Shown: in pieces, positions 12,116-24,675 of the stretch
Position numbering within the stretch: position 1 is the stretch's first letter
Layout of the letters: every line of letters begins with the position of its first letter
Assembly (NCBI RefSeq): GCF_006345805.1
Contig: NC_043007.1
Location: forward strand, 76,756,001 to 76,820,000
Length of the DNA stretch: 64,000 nucleotides
Direction: 5' to 3'
From: Octopus sinensis
Taxonomy: Eukaryota
Made by a program: the position numbers and the translations under genes
Notes under the pieces: generated by a model
What the model saw: the letters and a program-made list of their open reading frames with translations, nothing else
Database searches by the model: none
What the model was told of the DNA's origin: nothing

Positions 12116-12626
12116 AGCTGAGTTTTATGACTGGTTGCAAGGAACACCATCTTGATGTTAGTAACTTAGATGTGGACTGTTCTGATAAAGAGGTGGAGGA
12201 AAAAAACAAAGACAACATCGTACATGCCAACAACACTGATAGTACCGGCCTTATTGAGCAGCAGGAACACAGTGGCACTAAGGCAGACAAGGAAGAAGAA
12301 GTGGAGGAGGAGGAGGAGGGGGAGGAGAACATCACTGACAGTGCCGATCAAGATCAAAAGATGTCTCTGAAAGAAATTAGGAACCAAATGCCTGTGACAG
12401 TCTTTAGAAGTAAGTCATTTGCTGGCATGGCAAATGCGCGTCCAAGATCTGCTCCAGGTACTCCTGTACTCGGGGAAACTTTGCGTAGGAGCCCGCGGGT
12501 TTATACGCAAACTCCACAGAGGTCTAAAAGGCTGGGGCTTGGAAGTTATAAGCCACCTAAAATTCCTAAATTACCTCAACCCAGCCGTGCAGTCTTGATG
12601 TTTGAAAGTGTCAAAAAAGGAATCAA
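12116..12626 (+). CDS. RIPOR2: RIPOR coding exon 1 (first in-frame ATG 12127): acidic N-terminus, RSKSFAG, PKLPQPSRAVLMFESVKKGIK
   Basis: Pyrimidine tract + tgtag acceptor ending at 12115; donor AA|GTAAGT at 12627; ends phase 2. Lies inside ORF 11980..12630. Confidence 0.88.
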
Positions 12627-15600
12627 GTAAGTACACATTTTGTTGTTTATATTATTCTTAATAAAAATGCTATGAGAGTCTTCTGGGAGACATTCCAAGC
12701 AGGCTCCCTCTTTAAAGAAAAGTTTAGAGATAAAATGTTAATTGCTAGTAAACTTTTACCTATTTTTTGACAGATGTTGAAATAATGATAACTCTTATGT
12801 TATAGTTATTTATTTCATGTCTTTTTTTTTTGTCTTCAATGTGTTTTGAAATTTGGAGCTTGACCATGGATTCTTGTGCATACGTTATGGACTGGTTCTC
12901 TCTTTTTGTCAATATTATTATGACAATAGTGGTTGATGTATCTGTTCCTTCCATGCCCATAGCTGTACTCATAATAACTATTTAACTAATTAATGAAGTA
13001 GCACATTGATCTTTCAAATCTACCCTCAATTCTAAACTTTCAGATCATCTTTTTTTGTGACCATTGCAGAGCTTTGAGTCATATTTAAACAGACAGGACA
13101 GCACTGGGTAATCAAAATTGTCTAACAGAGATCATAGAAAGACTTTTGGCCTCACTGAAGTATGATGTTCGTGTAGATGTTCAGATGGCCTTTTAATCAT
13201 TGAATTTAACATCATATGCTGTAGGTGCATTCAATAACAGCAACTATAACAAATTTAAGCCATGTATTTGTCTCATTGCACATTATTTCATTCAGAATAT
13301 GGAAAATGTTTTTAGGAAATAGCTTTTCTAATAGTAAAGCAAACATAGTAAAAGATGATGTCCTTAACCCTGTAGCATTTAGATTACTCTGTCAAATGTT
13401 ATGCTTATGTATTCTCATTGCTTTGAATTTGTCATGCATTATCTCATAAATTCAAGATTTCACTGATGTAATTGTTTGTATTTAGAATGACATTGTAGGG
13501 TAGGTGTAAGAAGCTTGCATTAGCTTGTTTTGAACATAAAACAGGTATAATATTTGGGCCATATATGGTCAGTTTAAATTCAAAAGAATTAAGAGATGTT
13601 TGGCTTTTATTAAATCTATGGTTGTATTCAGCTGTTCTCTTTGATATATTTACTTTCAGAGAATTCATAATGGCTACTCAAGATGACATCATTCAGCTTA
13701 AAAGCCGTGATACTAACACATCTACTGCTCAGGTATTTTAACTAATATTTTTTCAAACCTCATTATTACTGTATGAAATTGTCAAGTGGTGATATGGCAG
13801 CAGTGGTAGAGCACTTTGCAGTAGTTTTGTGTTTCTATACCCTGAGTTCAAATGTCAAAGGTGTTGACTTCTATCCTTCAAATATCAATAAAATAGGTAC
13901 CACAAATATTCCGAGACTTCATTTATTAATCTGTTTTACCCTTTCCCCATAAAGGTTGGCTTTGTGCTAAGTTAAGATCATTATTTTACCAGTATAGATC
14001 ATATCTTACTGTAGAAAAATATATTCCACTCTTATTGCTGAGGTGTTATTTACCCCACAAAATTAGATTTTTGTTACAATGTTTGATTAGGATTAGTGTC
14101 CTTTATTGTACCCAATTTGTTAAAAATTAGGAAGGTTTAATACATAGTTTGACTAAGTACAGAGATAGAGTAAACTTACAAACTAACAGTATCTAGAATA
14201 ATGGAAAACACAAGGTAAACTGCACTTTTGAAAATTACCATACAGTAATGAAATTACTGTCAATGCTCTACTTTGCTTATAATCACTTCTGCCATTTTGA
14301 AACTTTTCTTATATTTTTTTGTATGTTTTAGCAGCAGTAGGGAAATCACTTACACATTATACTGTGTCTCTCTTTCTCATTTTCTGTATCTTTTATTTGT
14401 TGGATAAATACACTTGAAAAGCAATTCATAGACAAAAGAAAATTTGAAGTAACAGTATCTCAAATCTCCTGGGTTACTGTTGTTTTGGAAGTTTATTTCT
14501 TGTAACAAAGTAAAATTAAAAAATCTTGAATACTTTCTGTCACTACAGTTGTGACCAGGATATTCAATCTGTGAAGTTAATTTAACAAATCATTCATTCA
14601 TTCGTTCATTTTACATCCATTTTACATCTAGTGGTTAGATTGGAACTTATTTAAGGCAGGATTTCATAGCTGGATGCTTTTCCATCAGCAATCCTTACCT
14701 ATTTTTCAAGTAAGCTATTTCTTCACTTGTTAACCACATGGTTGAATATTCAAATCTTATGTGTATTTTAGATATGAACCCATATCTTCTATGACATTAA
14801 TCCTTTTAAAATATAATATATATTTATTTATTGTTTAAACACAAGCTGTTCAAAATAGCCATCCATATGTCATACTAAATGTATACACTCTATCAATAGG
14901 CCAGTTATTGTGATAACTGAGATATCATATTCTATGGATGTGCTGTTGGGTAACAAAAATTTATCAGAGCAATAACCAACAAGAATGCCAGATGCATCCA
15001 TTAAATGAATATTCACATGTTTTCATCCTCTTGTTGTTTATATTAAACATCTCTCAGGTTAGCTACTAGTTACGTAGAAAGGTTGTTACATGAGTGTGTG
15101 TGTATCAGTTACTAAATATTGCTACTGATATTACATTAAGCTAGCACCTGGAATAGAAGTAGTTTTATATCCTTAAATATGTTAAAATACTAAAATGTTC
15201 TAAAATTAGAAATAATAATTAAAAAATCCGGTCAACATCACTACAAATATTTTTGATATTAGCTATAAAAATATGTCCAATTACATTTGCTTTCATCCTG
15301 AAATTTATCTATAAAAAATACTTCCCATTTTCTCAGCTTATTTTCAATGCTCTGCAAAGATATTTTACTTGTTATTTTGTGCTTATTAGCCACACTTCTT
15401 TTCCCTGGAGTTTGTTTTAAGAAGTATGTTACTGGAAATTCCAATTGTGTAATTTAATTGTTGGTTATGATTAAAAATAATTCTGAAGTTTGCTTAAATG
15501 GTAACTGAAAACATTTGTAAGTTACACATATTCCATATCTATGCATTTATTTTCTTTAAATTTGTTTGTACTTTTTAATTCATGTCTCATTAAAATTTGC

Positions 15601-18600
15601 CTTCATTATCTAAAAGTCATTCATTTTTACATTGTACTAATAGCTTTGTATGATATTTTATATATCTAGTTCAGAAATTTACATAGATCACTGGGCAGAG
15701 TTTGATTTTTTTAGAACATTGCAAAATGTTAAATGTCAAATTTTAATGATGAGAAATGACCAGTCTGTTTCCTAAAATTACCACATGCACACACATATAT
15801 ATTGTAATTAGCATTCTTAATATGTAATTACAGAAGCCATTACTACAGTTATATTGGTTTTGAAACTATTTAAATGTTGCTTATCAAAAGAACATTTGCC
15901 TCTATGATTACTTCTCACAGACTGCTCTCACCTTTTACTTATGACAGAGTTTTGCTCTGGAACCCTCTTAACAATACTAAATTTGTATCTAAGAGATTAT
16001 GCTGTCTACAAAATCAAGGGATATTTTAACGTTATATACTTAACATCGTATTATGGTCCAAGTACAGTACACAATGAAATCTGGCTCTAATATTTTGGTT
16101 TGCATATCTTTTTGATCACCTACATTCATTAAAAAAAATAAATAAATACAAGCTATTATCTAAATTAAAATAACAATACCCCCTTTTTTTCTCTCCCTTT
16201 AGACATTAGCACATTGCTATGCTTTATTATTTAATTCTATTACTGTTACTTAAAATTGACTCTTTCCAAACTTGTTGGCCTTCCCTATATCTCCTCAGCT
16301 CTATCATGTACTTCTTTCCCTAAATTGTATCATTGGCTGATAAACTTAATTTGTATCCTGGTTCAACATCATCACTTGGTCCTAGGGTGCCTTTTGCAGC
16401 TTCCACACTGCTGCAAGTATTTGAACCAAGTCTCTGGTTTGAGGATACATTCTTCCCTCCATCCTGCCAGTTTGAAAGACTCTATAAAGGGTCATAGGCT
16501 TTGTCTTTCTTCACGACTAAATAATAATGGTGATGATAATAAAATAATAATAAAATAAACAAACCAAATATGAACTGTTTTCATTTCGAAAATGTTCCTT
16601 CCTTGCTAAATATTTTGCCAAACACTAAGCTACAATTTTTTAAGCTCCTGCCTTTCTGATCTGAAAGGCATTTGGATAATCTCTCAGAAAGAAACTAATG
16701 GAAAACAATACAATCATACTGCCAAGCATAAACCAAGATTGTTTAAATACTGTTAAAATATAAACATTACCACTATAAAATATGTCCCTTGTTGAATTCT
16801 TGATTGAACTCTTATTTCTCAGTCTAATAATAACAACAAAAGTGAGAACTTGTGTAGACTCGAGGTGAGCTGAATTTTTGACTGGATTTTAGAAAAATCA
16901 TGAAGTTAAATCTTTCTATTTCCATCTTCTTATAAATCTGAAGCTTTCATTGCTAAATAATACCATCTGTATATTAGCTTGACAGTATAGAAATACCTTA
17001 CTAGTGGCAGGTAAATAAATATTTGAATTTATACCAAAATGAGCATTTTTTTTTAATAGACATTCAGACATTTTAATATTGATTTTAAAAAATGGGTGTC
17101 CTGTGATAGTTGTTGTTGAAACATTATGATTATTAAAAAACACCATGATAATTTATTTACATGCATAAATAAATATTAATGTCATGACTGCTAACAGTAT
17201 ACTAATTCAACACTAGTTAGCTAACAGTGCTAATATTTAGTTGAATTGTTATATATCAATGATTGATGAAATCTTGGACATATAATGTTTCACAATGTTT
17301 TGTTTTTGCTTACTTTATAGGGAAAGTTACACGAGGCTGATAAGGTAGTGTACTAAGATCTATCAGGCTACACTAGATTGATAAATATCTCTAGTGTATT
17401 TTCCTAAATCTGTTTATTTTTTTTCTCTCATTATTATTTCATACTCATCCTCATCTACATCATATTAATATTGATAAGTTGGGTTATTTTTGTGTGTGTG
17501 TATTAATTTGCCTGTAAATATTGTATTTTCTGCTAGTATTTGCAACATTGACATGTCTCACTGAATGTAGCAAGAGTTTAATTGATTTCTCTTGCATGGC
17601 TTTTATACAACTCTACATCTAAAGTGAATGTTCTGCTCTTATCAACCTTTCTTTTTCATTAGTAAATATTTTGTTCATTTCTATCTTTACCCCTCTTACT
17701 AAATTTTATTCTTATTTCAGTTATGTTAATTTATTTGCTAACTTACAATTTAAAAAGAAAATTATTATTCAAATGTGAATATATAATTTCTTATTAATTT
17801 TTTTTTTGCTAACTTTTTGTTTTCTTCAAACAGTTCATTAATATTCAAAATAGAAGCAAATTCTATATGTTGTTTATCCTTGCGTAGTGGGCGCTATTGT
17901 AATATATCTATTTGTTGTACTTCTATCTTTTTATGATTTGAGTTTCTCTATATTAGATTATCAGAAGTAAATAAACTAATGAATAAAACATCTTCCTTTC
18001 TAATTAAATAGTATGTAGTTTGGCTATATACAAGTGGCTTCACTTATTAAACAACAATGTGCACATGGGTTCATGCTTGATTCACTGACTGCAGCTTTAC
18101 ATTGAGGCTCAACAGGCATACATTCTAACATGTCTGTAACAGTGTATATAGCTGTGTGTGTGTGTAAAACTTTGTATCTCATTTAATAATCAATAGGGTG
18201 TTAAGTATGATGTATGGTAGTGAGAATATGCAAAGACTGACTGAAAAAGCAGGCAAGCATGTTCTGTTGGATATGTAATGTTGATAAGCATGTACTCCAG
18301 AACACAAGTGTTCTGAGAGAAAATTTGAGCATCAAGAGCAAATACCTTTGATGCTCAAATTTGCTGTAGTCTATAAGAGAGAAGGCTGCAATGGTATTGA
18401 CATGTGATGCATGACAGTTGGGTAAAAAAGTATCAGATGGTATTTACATGATAATAATAAAATAATAGAAGGAAAAGAAAACTGAAGATGTAGGTAGATG
18501 TGGTGAGGGTTGATTTGTGGTTCCTGATGGTGTGTGCCAAGCAGGGAAAGATGGATATACATGCATGCACACGAGTGCATGTGTGTATAGTGTAATGTAT

Positions 18601-21600
18601 ATGTATATATGTAATGTTTGAGTGTATAATATTGTGTGTAGATGTGATTACATGTGCAGACATAAAGAACACTAAAGTAAGAATGCAATTAGCTTTCAGA
18701 AAGTTACTGTGTCATATTAGCAATGAGCACCCTTCACTTTTAACTGCAAACTGATCAGCTTGATACTTATTTTTAAATAACATGTGGAGAACAGTGGCTA
18801 ATTTGAGATCTCAATTATATCACAAGAAAATCTTCATATTCTGTTGAGCTTGACTTGATAGTACAAATAACATAACCATAATTTCAACCTTACTCAAAGG
18901 AAATCCACCATATAATATACCCTTGAGGTTCTAAGAGAAAGCAAAGATACTCTGAAACTCAGCTAGGTTAGCAAATGAAAATGAAATAACTTACTAGCAA
19001 TGTGCCAAGCTGGAGAGATTGATAAAGGAACCTCGAACAGTTAGCTGTCCTGTAAATCACCAGCTTGCTGCTTCTTAAATATTTACAGTAAATTTATACA
19101 TAATTTCTGTAAATTTGTTTATTCAACAATGAGTAGGAAATAGATTTTGTTATGGCAGTTTTATTGAGAGAGAGGGATAGAGACTTTATATAGTCACTAC
19201 AAAGAAGAGTACTCAGTAATGCTAAGATAATTGAATCAATATATATTTCAGTTTATCATTTGGATTTGCTTTCTATATACAGTCTTTTGGTCTTGGAGAC
19301 TGCACTCAGCAAAAAACTCACAGTTGTAAGGCTTGGCTTCATGCTTTTGCCTGATAGGGCTGGGATCATTCCAAGTTAGTGGTCCCAGAGGTGTCATCAT
19401 GCATAGAGCTGACTAAGTCCACCAGTGCTATCCGTCATTAGAGAGGTCCCATGCCAGCCCTACATAGTTTTTCATCAAGAAATGAAAACGTAAGCACATA
19501 CACTCAGATAATTGTTCTCTGTGCAAAACTATGTTCTGTATTAAAGTGTATGCAATCTTATAGAGAGATGAAATAGCCAGTTAGACATGTTTGATTATCA
19601 ACTCATAGGTAATATTTTAAAATCCATTGGAAGTATTTCAGTTCACCTTTGAGTTAGACATTTTAATATATGTGATTCTGATTCTATAGCTGTGAAGGAA
19701 CAGGTACCAGTGTGCTTGGGAAAAGTTGCTAGTGTCCTTTAATATTACCTCTTGTCTGCTTAACAATACAGAAACCTAATTCTAGCACAGGTCCAGTGGA
19801 TTATTTCAAAGGGAAGAATGAATTTATTGCTACATTGTTTATAAATTGTCGTGTGAGAGTCTGCATGAAAGTTTAGTATTTGCATGTAATCTTTAGTTTG
19901 GCTCTTAATGTCCGCTTTTAGTATCCTGCATAGTATGCATGTTTAGAACTTTTATGATACTTGTATGTGTTTTATAACATTGTGCTTACATTAACAACAA
20001 AAGAAACAAAACAAAAATACATTCTTATTTTCATACAGTCTTAACCTTGTGATGCATACACATTTATCTGTGTATAGTATATGTTGGTGTATAGGATGGA
20101 CTTTGATTTAAAAAAAAAGAAATCAGTTTAAAACTAGCGTCTGTCTTAAAGACCAAGTATTAAATTTAAAGCTCAGCAGCCTTTGCTTTAGCATGTCACA
20201 AATCACACAGTGCATAACACTAATATATCTACTATGATCCTACCTTTTACTGAAACATATAAGTATATTATTAATCTGTCTAAAATATTTTATGATGATT
20301 GCATAGTACACTTAACTAACATACATTCATCACCTTTTGCAGAATAAAAATGAATTGTATAAACCTTAACCAAAAATATTTTGCTTAATGTAATTAACAA
20401 TATTGTTTCACTAGTCATTAGTATGGTTTTCAAAGGATTATTGGAATGGTAAAGTCTCAGCAGTGAGTGCTGGACTCCAACATTTGAATGTTATCCTAAT
20501 CACTAAATAAAAACATAGCTTTGACAACTTCATATAACTTTAGGTGATGGTTTTGAGTAAGTGTTTAAAAATTGTTAAAATATGTGCATCATTTTTGTAT
20601 AAAAGTCCTGTAAACACTTCTGTTACCATGTTTCAAGGTTGTTTTTTTTTCACTTAATTTTGAAAATAATAAAGAATTTTGTAAACAACTTTGTCATTAT
20701 TAATCTGGTGTTTAAGGTGGCAAGCTGGCAGAATTGTTAGCATGCTGAGCAAAATACTTAGTGGCATTTCATCCATCTGTACATTCTCAGTTCAAATTCC
20801 ATCAAGGTTGACTTCGCTTTTCATCCTTTCAAGGTTGATAAAATAAGTACCAATTAAGCGCTCCCACCAGATTTTAGGCCTTGTGCCTATAGTTGGTGTT
20901 TGGAACATAAATTAACATAAAAATTTGATGGAAGGCTTTAATTTATAGATCATTTTAAAACAAGTTCTTTATATTGGTAGAGTCAGGGGCAATTTCAGGC
21001 AGGTTGGTATCAAAAGGGTTGAACCTTAACCAAAATTTATAGCCTGTTGTGAAATATTATCAAGAAGTCTTATACTGTGACTATAGTGTAAAAGCTTACA
21101 TTTTATTCTAAGGATTGTCTTTTATACTACACCACCCTTTCACCAACATGTCTATTAATTAGTCAGCTCTACACACAAATGTATACACTTTCGTATATGC
21201 ATTTGCCTACACATAAATTCATTCATGCATCTATTTTTTTAACACACTAATGCAGACACTTTTACCACCACCCATTAATAAATAACCAAAATATCTGACA
21301 TACTACTTCTTACAAAAGAATTTTTTTTCTCGTTTATGTTTCTTACTCATTAAATCTAATATTATTTCAGTTTTTTTTTTCTTTTTGTATTTTCCTCATT
21401 AACAAGAAATTTCTGGAACTATTTCTTTTAATGAATATATCAACAATGTTTGTATTGATGTGGTGTTGTGCATTTCAGAATTCATATAACAATGCAAATG
21501 ACTTTTATTTTATGCTTGATGTAGAAACATAAGATGCCATCATGTCTACTGACAACTTCCTCCTGAACTTAGGAGTTTCCTTTCTATTCTCTTTTTCTGA

Positions 21601-24374
21601 AAGCCAACCATTTCACAGCAGGTATAACCTGTTGCCTTACTGATCACCAGAGATGGGATTGGGAGGAGAGGACATTGCAGCTTGTTGATCAACTTCCCTT
21701 TAACACCTGTATTTTCTTCCTCACACTTCTTTCCTTTTTTTCTTTATACTTTTCTTTTATACTTTTCTGTTTTTTTTTAAATATTCTGTCAAGTACTGAA
21801 ATGACAGAGAATGGTATTAAGCCTATAACTAGATTTTCTGAGGCATTTAATTAGGTCCTATGTTCTCAGTTGTAATCCCACTATTTTTGATAAATACCAG
21901 CAAGTTCTAAGGTTAAATTAGCCAATTCTAACCTTCCCTAAATTTGCATCTTTGTAAGAAATTTATTTGGTTCTTTCTTGTATTCTTATATTTTAATTCT
22001 TTCAGTTTTTTTTCTGCATTAGTTTTCATTTACCATTTATTTTTTCTTCACTGTCTGATTCTATTTGAAATACATTATCAAGTTAACAGATTTGTAATCA
22101 TCATTTCAAATTCTTTTTACATATATATATATATGACCAAAATTACCATCCATTCACAAACAGTTTATATACTCCCTTCCAAATGTCTTCTCTTCAAACA
22201 TATATATAATGCATTTTACTACTCAAGATGCATAAACCTCACAAAAATTTCTAAGGAGTTATTCTGTACTACATCAACAAATTGAAATAAGTTTTGCATG
22301 TGTATTTCAATGATTCTGGATTCATCTTATTTGCAATAGAAATACTTCTTAAGTTTTGTGTTTATCAGCCTACTGAGACTAGAAAAATCCTCAAGCTATT
22401 TTTCAGCTTAACATTATATATTAATTAAAATCAGTCTAGGGTTGAATAAAAAATGGAGCAGTTGACTAGACATTGTATTGAAGATAAGACAGAAGTGATT
22501 CTCTTAGTTCATTTGAGGTCATTCCTTAGTTTGTAAACATATTTTGATTTTGTATATGCATATGCATAGTTTTATTTATTTGTTTATTCATTTTTTTGAA
22601 GTTGGAAGACTTGGAATTATTGGTTGATGTTTCTTTTCTATGCTGATTTGAAAATGTAGACTTTGAAAATATTTTCACTTTCTGATACCATCTCCCTATT
22701 TAATTAGTTTTAGTAGTACTAAATTGAATTCATTGAAAGTGAATTTCTTTTCTACTTCTGAGTTGGTTCAGCTAGAGAGTAGACATTTGTCTTTAGACTC
22801 TCTGTATCCCAACGAACTGTTGGGAATTTTGCATAAAACTTTCATCTGTATTTAATGTATCTAGGTAAAGTAAGTCTGATTAAACTTAGCACCTTTCAAG
22901 TTACGTTCTTGATAGGTTTCATTTCAGTAAAGGAAACATATATAAATTATACAGAGACCCCCTCCTCCCTCTTAAGCCAATGGTTACAAAATATAGCAAC
23001 CGACTCTGTCTTAGATTATACCTTATCATCTGAAGAAAATGGGGAAGACAAGTTGGATAATGCACACTTGAATATAACAAATACTGGATGATTAATACTA
23101 AAATGTCATTAATCATAGTTCTGACCCAGGGGTCAACCAGCAGCAACAGTGTTCACTCTCATAGATTTCTCTTTGGGCCATAATTAGTTATTTGTGTTTG
23201 CCAGAAATGCAACAAAGGACACAAAGGAGTTTATCAACTCAGTCTGTTGCCGTTGTTGTATTTAAAAGATCAGTAACTCTGTTTTATATACATTTACTGT
23301 TCATCAGCAACAATGTTATTAGCCTCAATATCTGTGGCTCATAAATTTCTTTGCTGATATCAGTAAAGAGCTTTGCCCTCTGTTTTGTCATTTAACCCTG
23401 TTGGCAGCAAATACGTTAGTTCAGAACAGCATGTTAAGTCATGTGGATAGATTTCAAGCTAAAACTATTTGCTTCCTAGTGAATTATTCTGTCTGATTAA
23501 CTGTGTGAGTCTATCAGTTAATTAGTATTTGTGGAGGATATGATGAGTTATAAATATGTGTCCTGTCCAATTCTGTTGTTCTAGTTTTGAAATTGCATCT
23601 AATTTCAAGCATTTAATTAGTATTTTTGTCTGTAATTAATAAACAATATCTGGAGTTTTGCCTTCTCACTAAATACTAATTAGCTGGATTACATTTATTT
23701 TCTAATTAATAAATATTAACAGATTTAATTTGTTTTTTAAAAATGTTTTACTCCTGTCAGACTTCACGTTTCAAAAATCTGATGTAATATTTAATATGAT
23801 CACTACAAAAATACAATGTCTTACAAAAAGAAGAAATCTTTCTCCAAAAATATCTCCATAAATTTATGTGAAAAAAGAAATTAAATAGCTAGTTTGAATT
23901 GCAAATGATAAACTCTTGCATAAATTTTAATTGTGAAACTATTGTCACTGATATTTATTACATTTATTACAGTAATTGTGTAAATTGAAAAATTGTTTTT
24001 TGTATTATTTTTGCTTTCATTTTAAAGTAAATTAATCTTTTTTTTTTTTCCCATTTCATCTGGAGATTTTTTTCCCCATTTTTTAAAATCGTAAATTTAT
24101 TTGTATATTTTTATTCAAATTTCCAGCAAATTAAAGCTGCAGAAAGATACCTGAAAAGGCTTGAATTCCATTTATCAAAGGTAAACACTCTTAAGTTATA
24201 AATTCATAAGACGGGTAGATGTGTGTGTGTGTGTATATATATAGGGAGAATTCACAAAAAAAAACAACAAAAGACAAAGACAGGTGGTGTAGACAACAAA
24301 CAGATGTATTAGTTTAACGCTCAGGAAGTGAAAAAGTATTTAACGTTTCAAGCCTATGCTCTTCCACAGAAAGA

Positions 24375-24412
<38 letters not shown>

Positions 24413-24415
24413 CTC

Positions 24416-24446
<31 letters not shown>

Positions 24447-24629
24447 GATAGATAGATAGATCTGAATGTGTTATTATCAAGTCAATATTTAATTTTTTTT
24501 AAATATATTATTATGTCTTATGAAGAGTATATTAATATTCTGCTTAGGAATTCTTTACTTTTTGATTAAAACATTTAATTCCTTATTTTGTTTGCATTCT
24601 AAGTTTCAAGTTTATATTGGCTTTAGGTT

Positions 24630-24675
<46 letters not shown>

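Noticed and set aside
12407-12415. Internal GAA|GTAAGT donor inside exon 1
   Set aside because: Its use leaves phase 1 and frameshifts exon 2, and it is explained by the RSKS codons.
22855-23091. 78-aa ORF in intron 3 as an extra RIPOR exon
   Set aside because: The nearest acceptor (tttcag, about 22929) gives an immediate TAA in phase 0, and exons 3 and 4 already join colinearly with the family.
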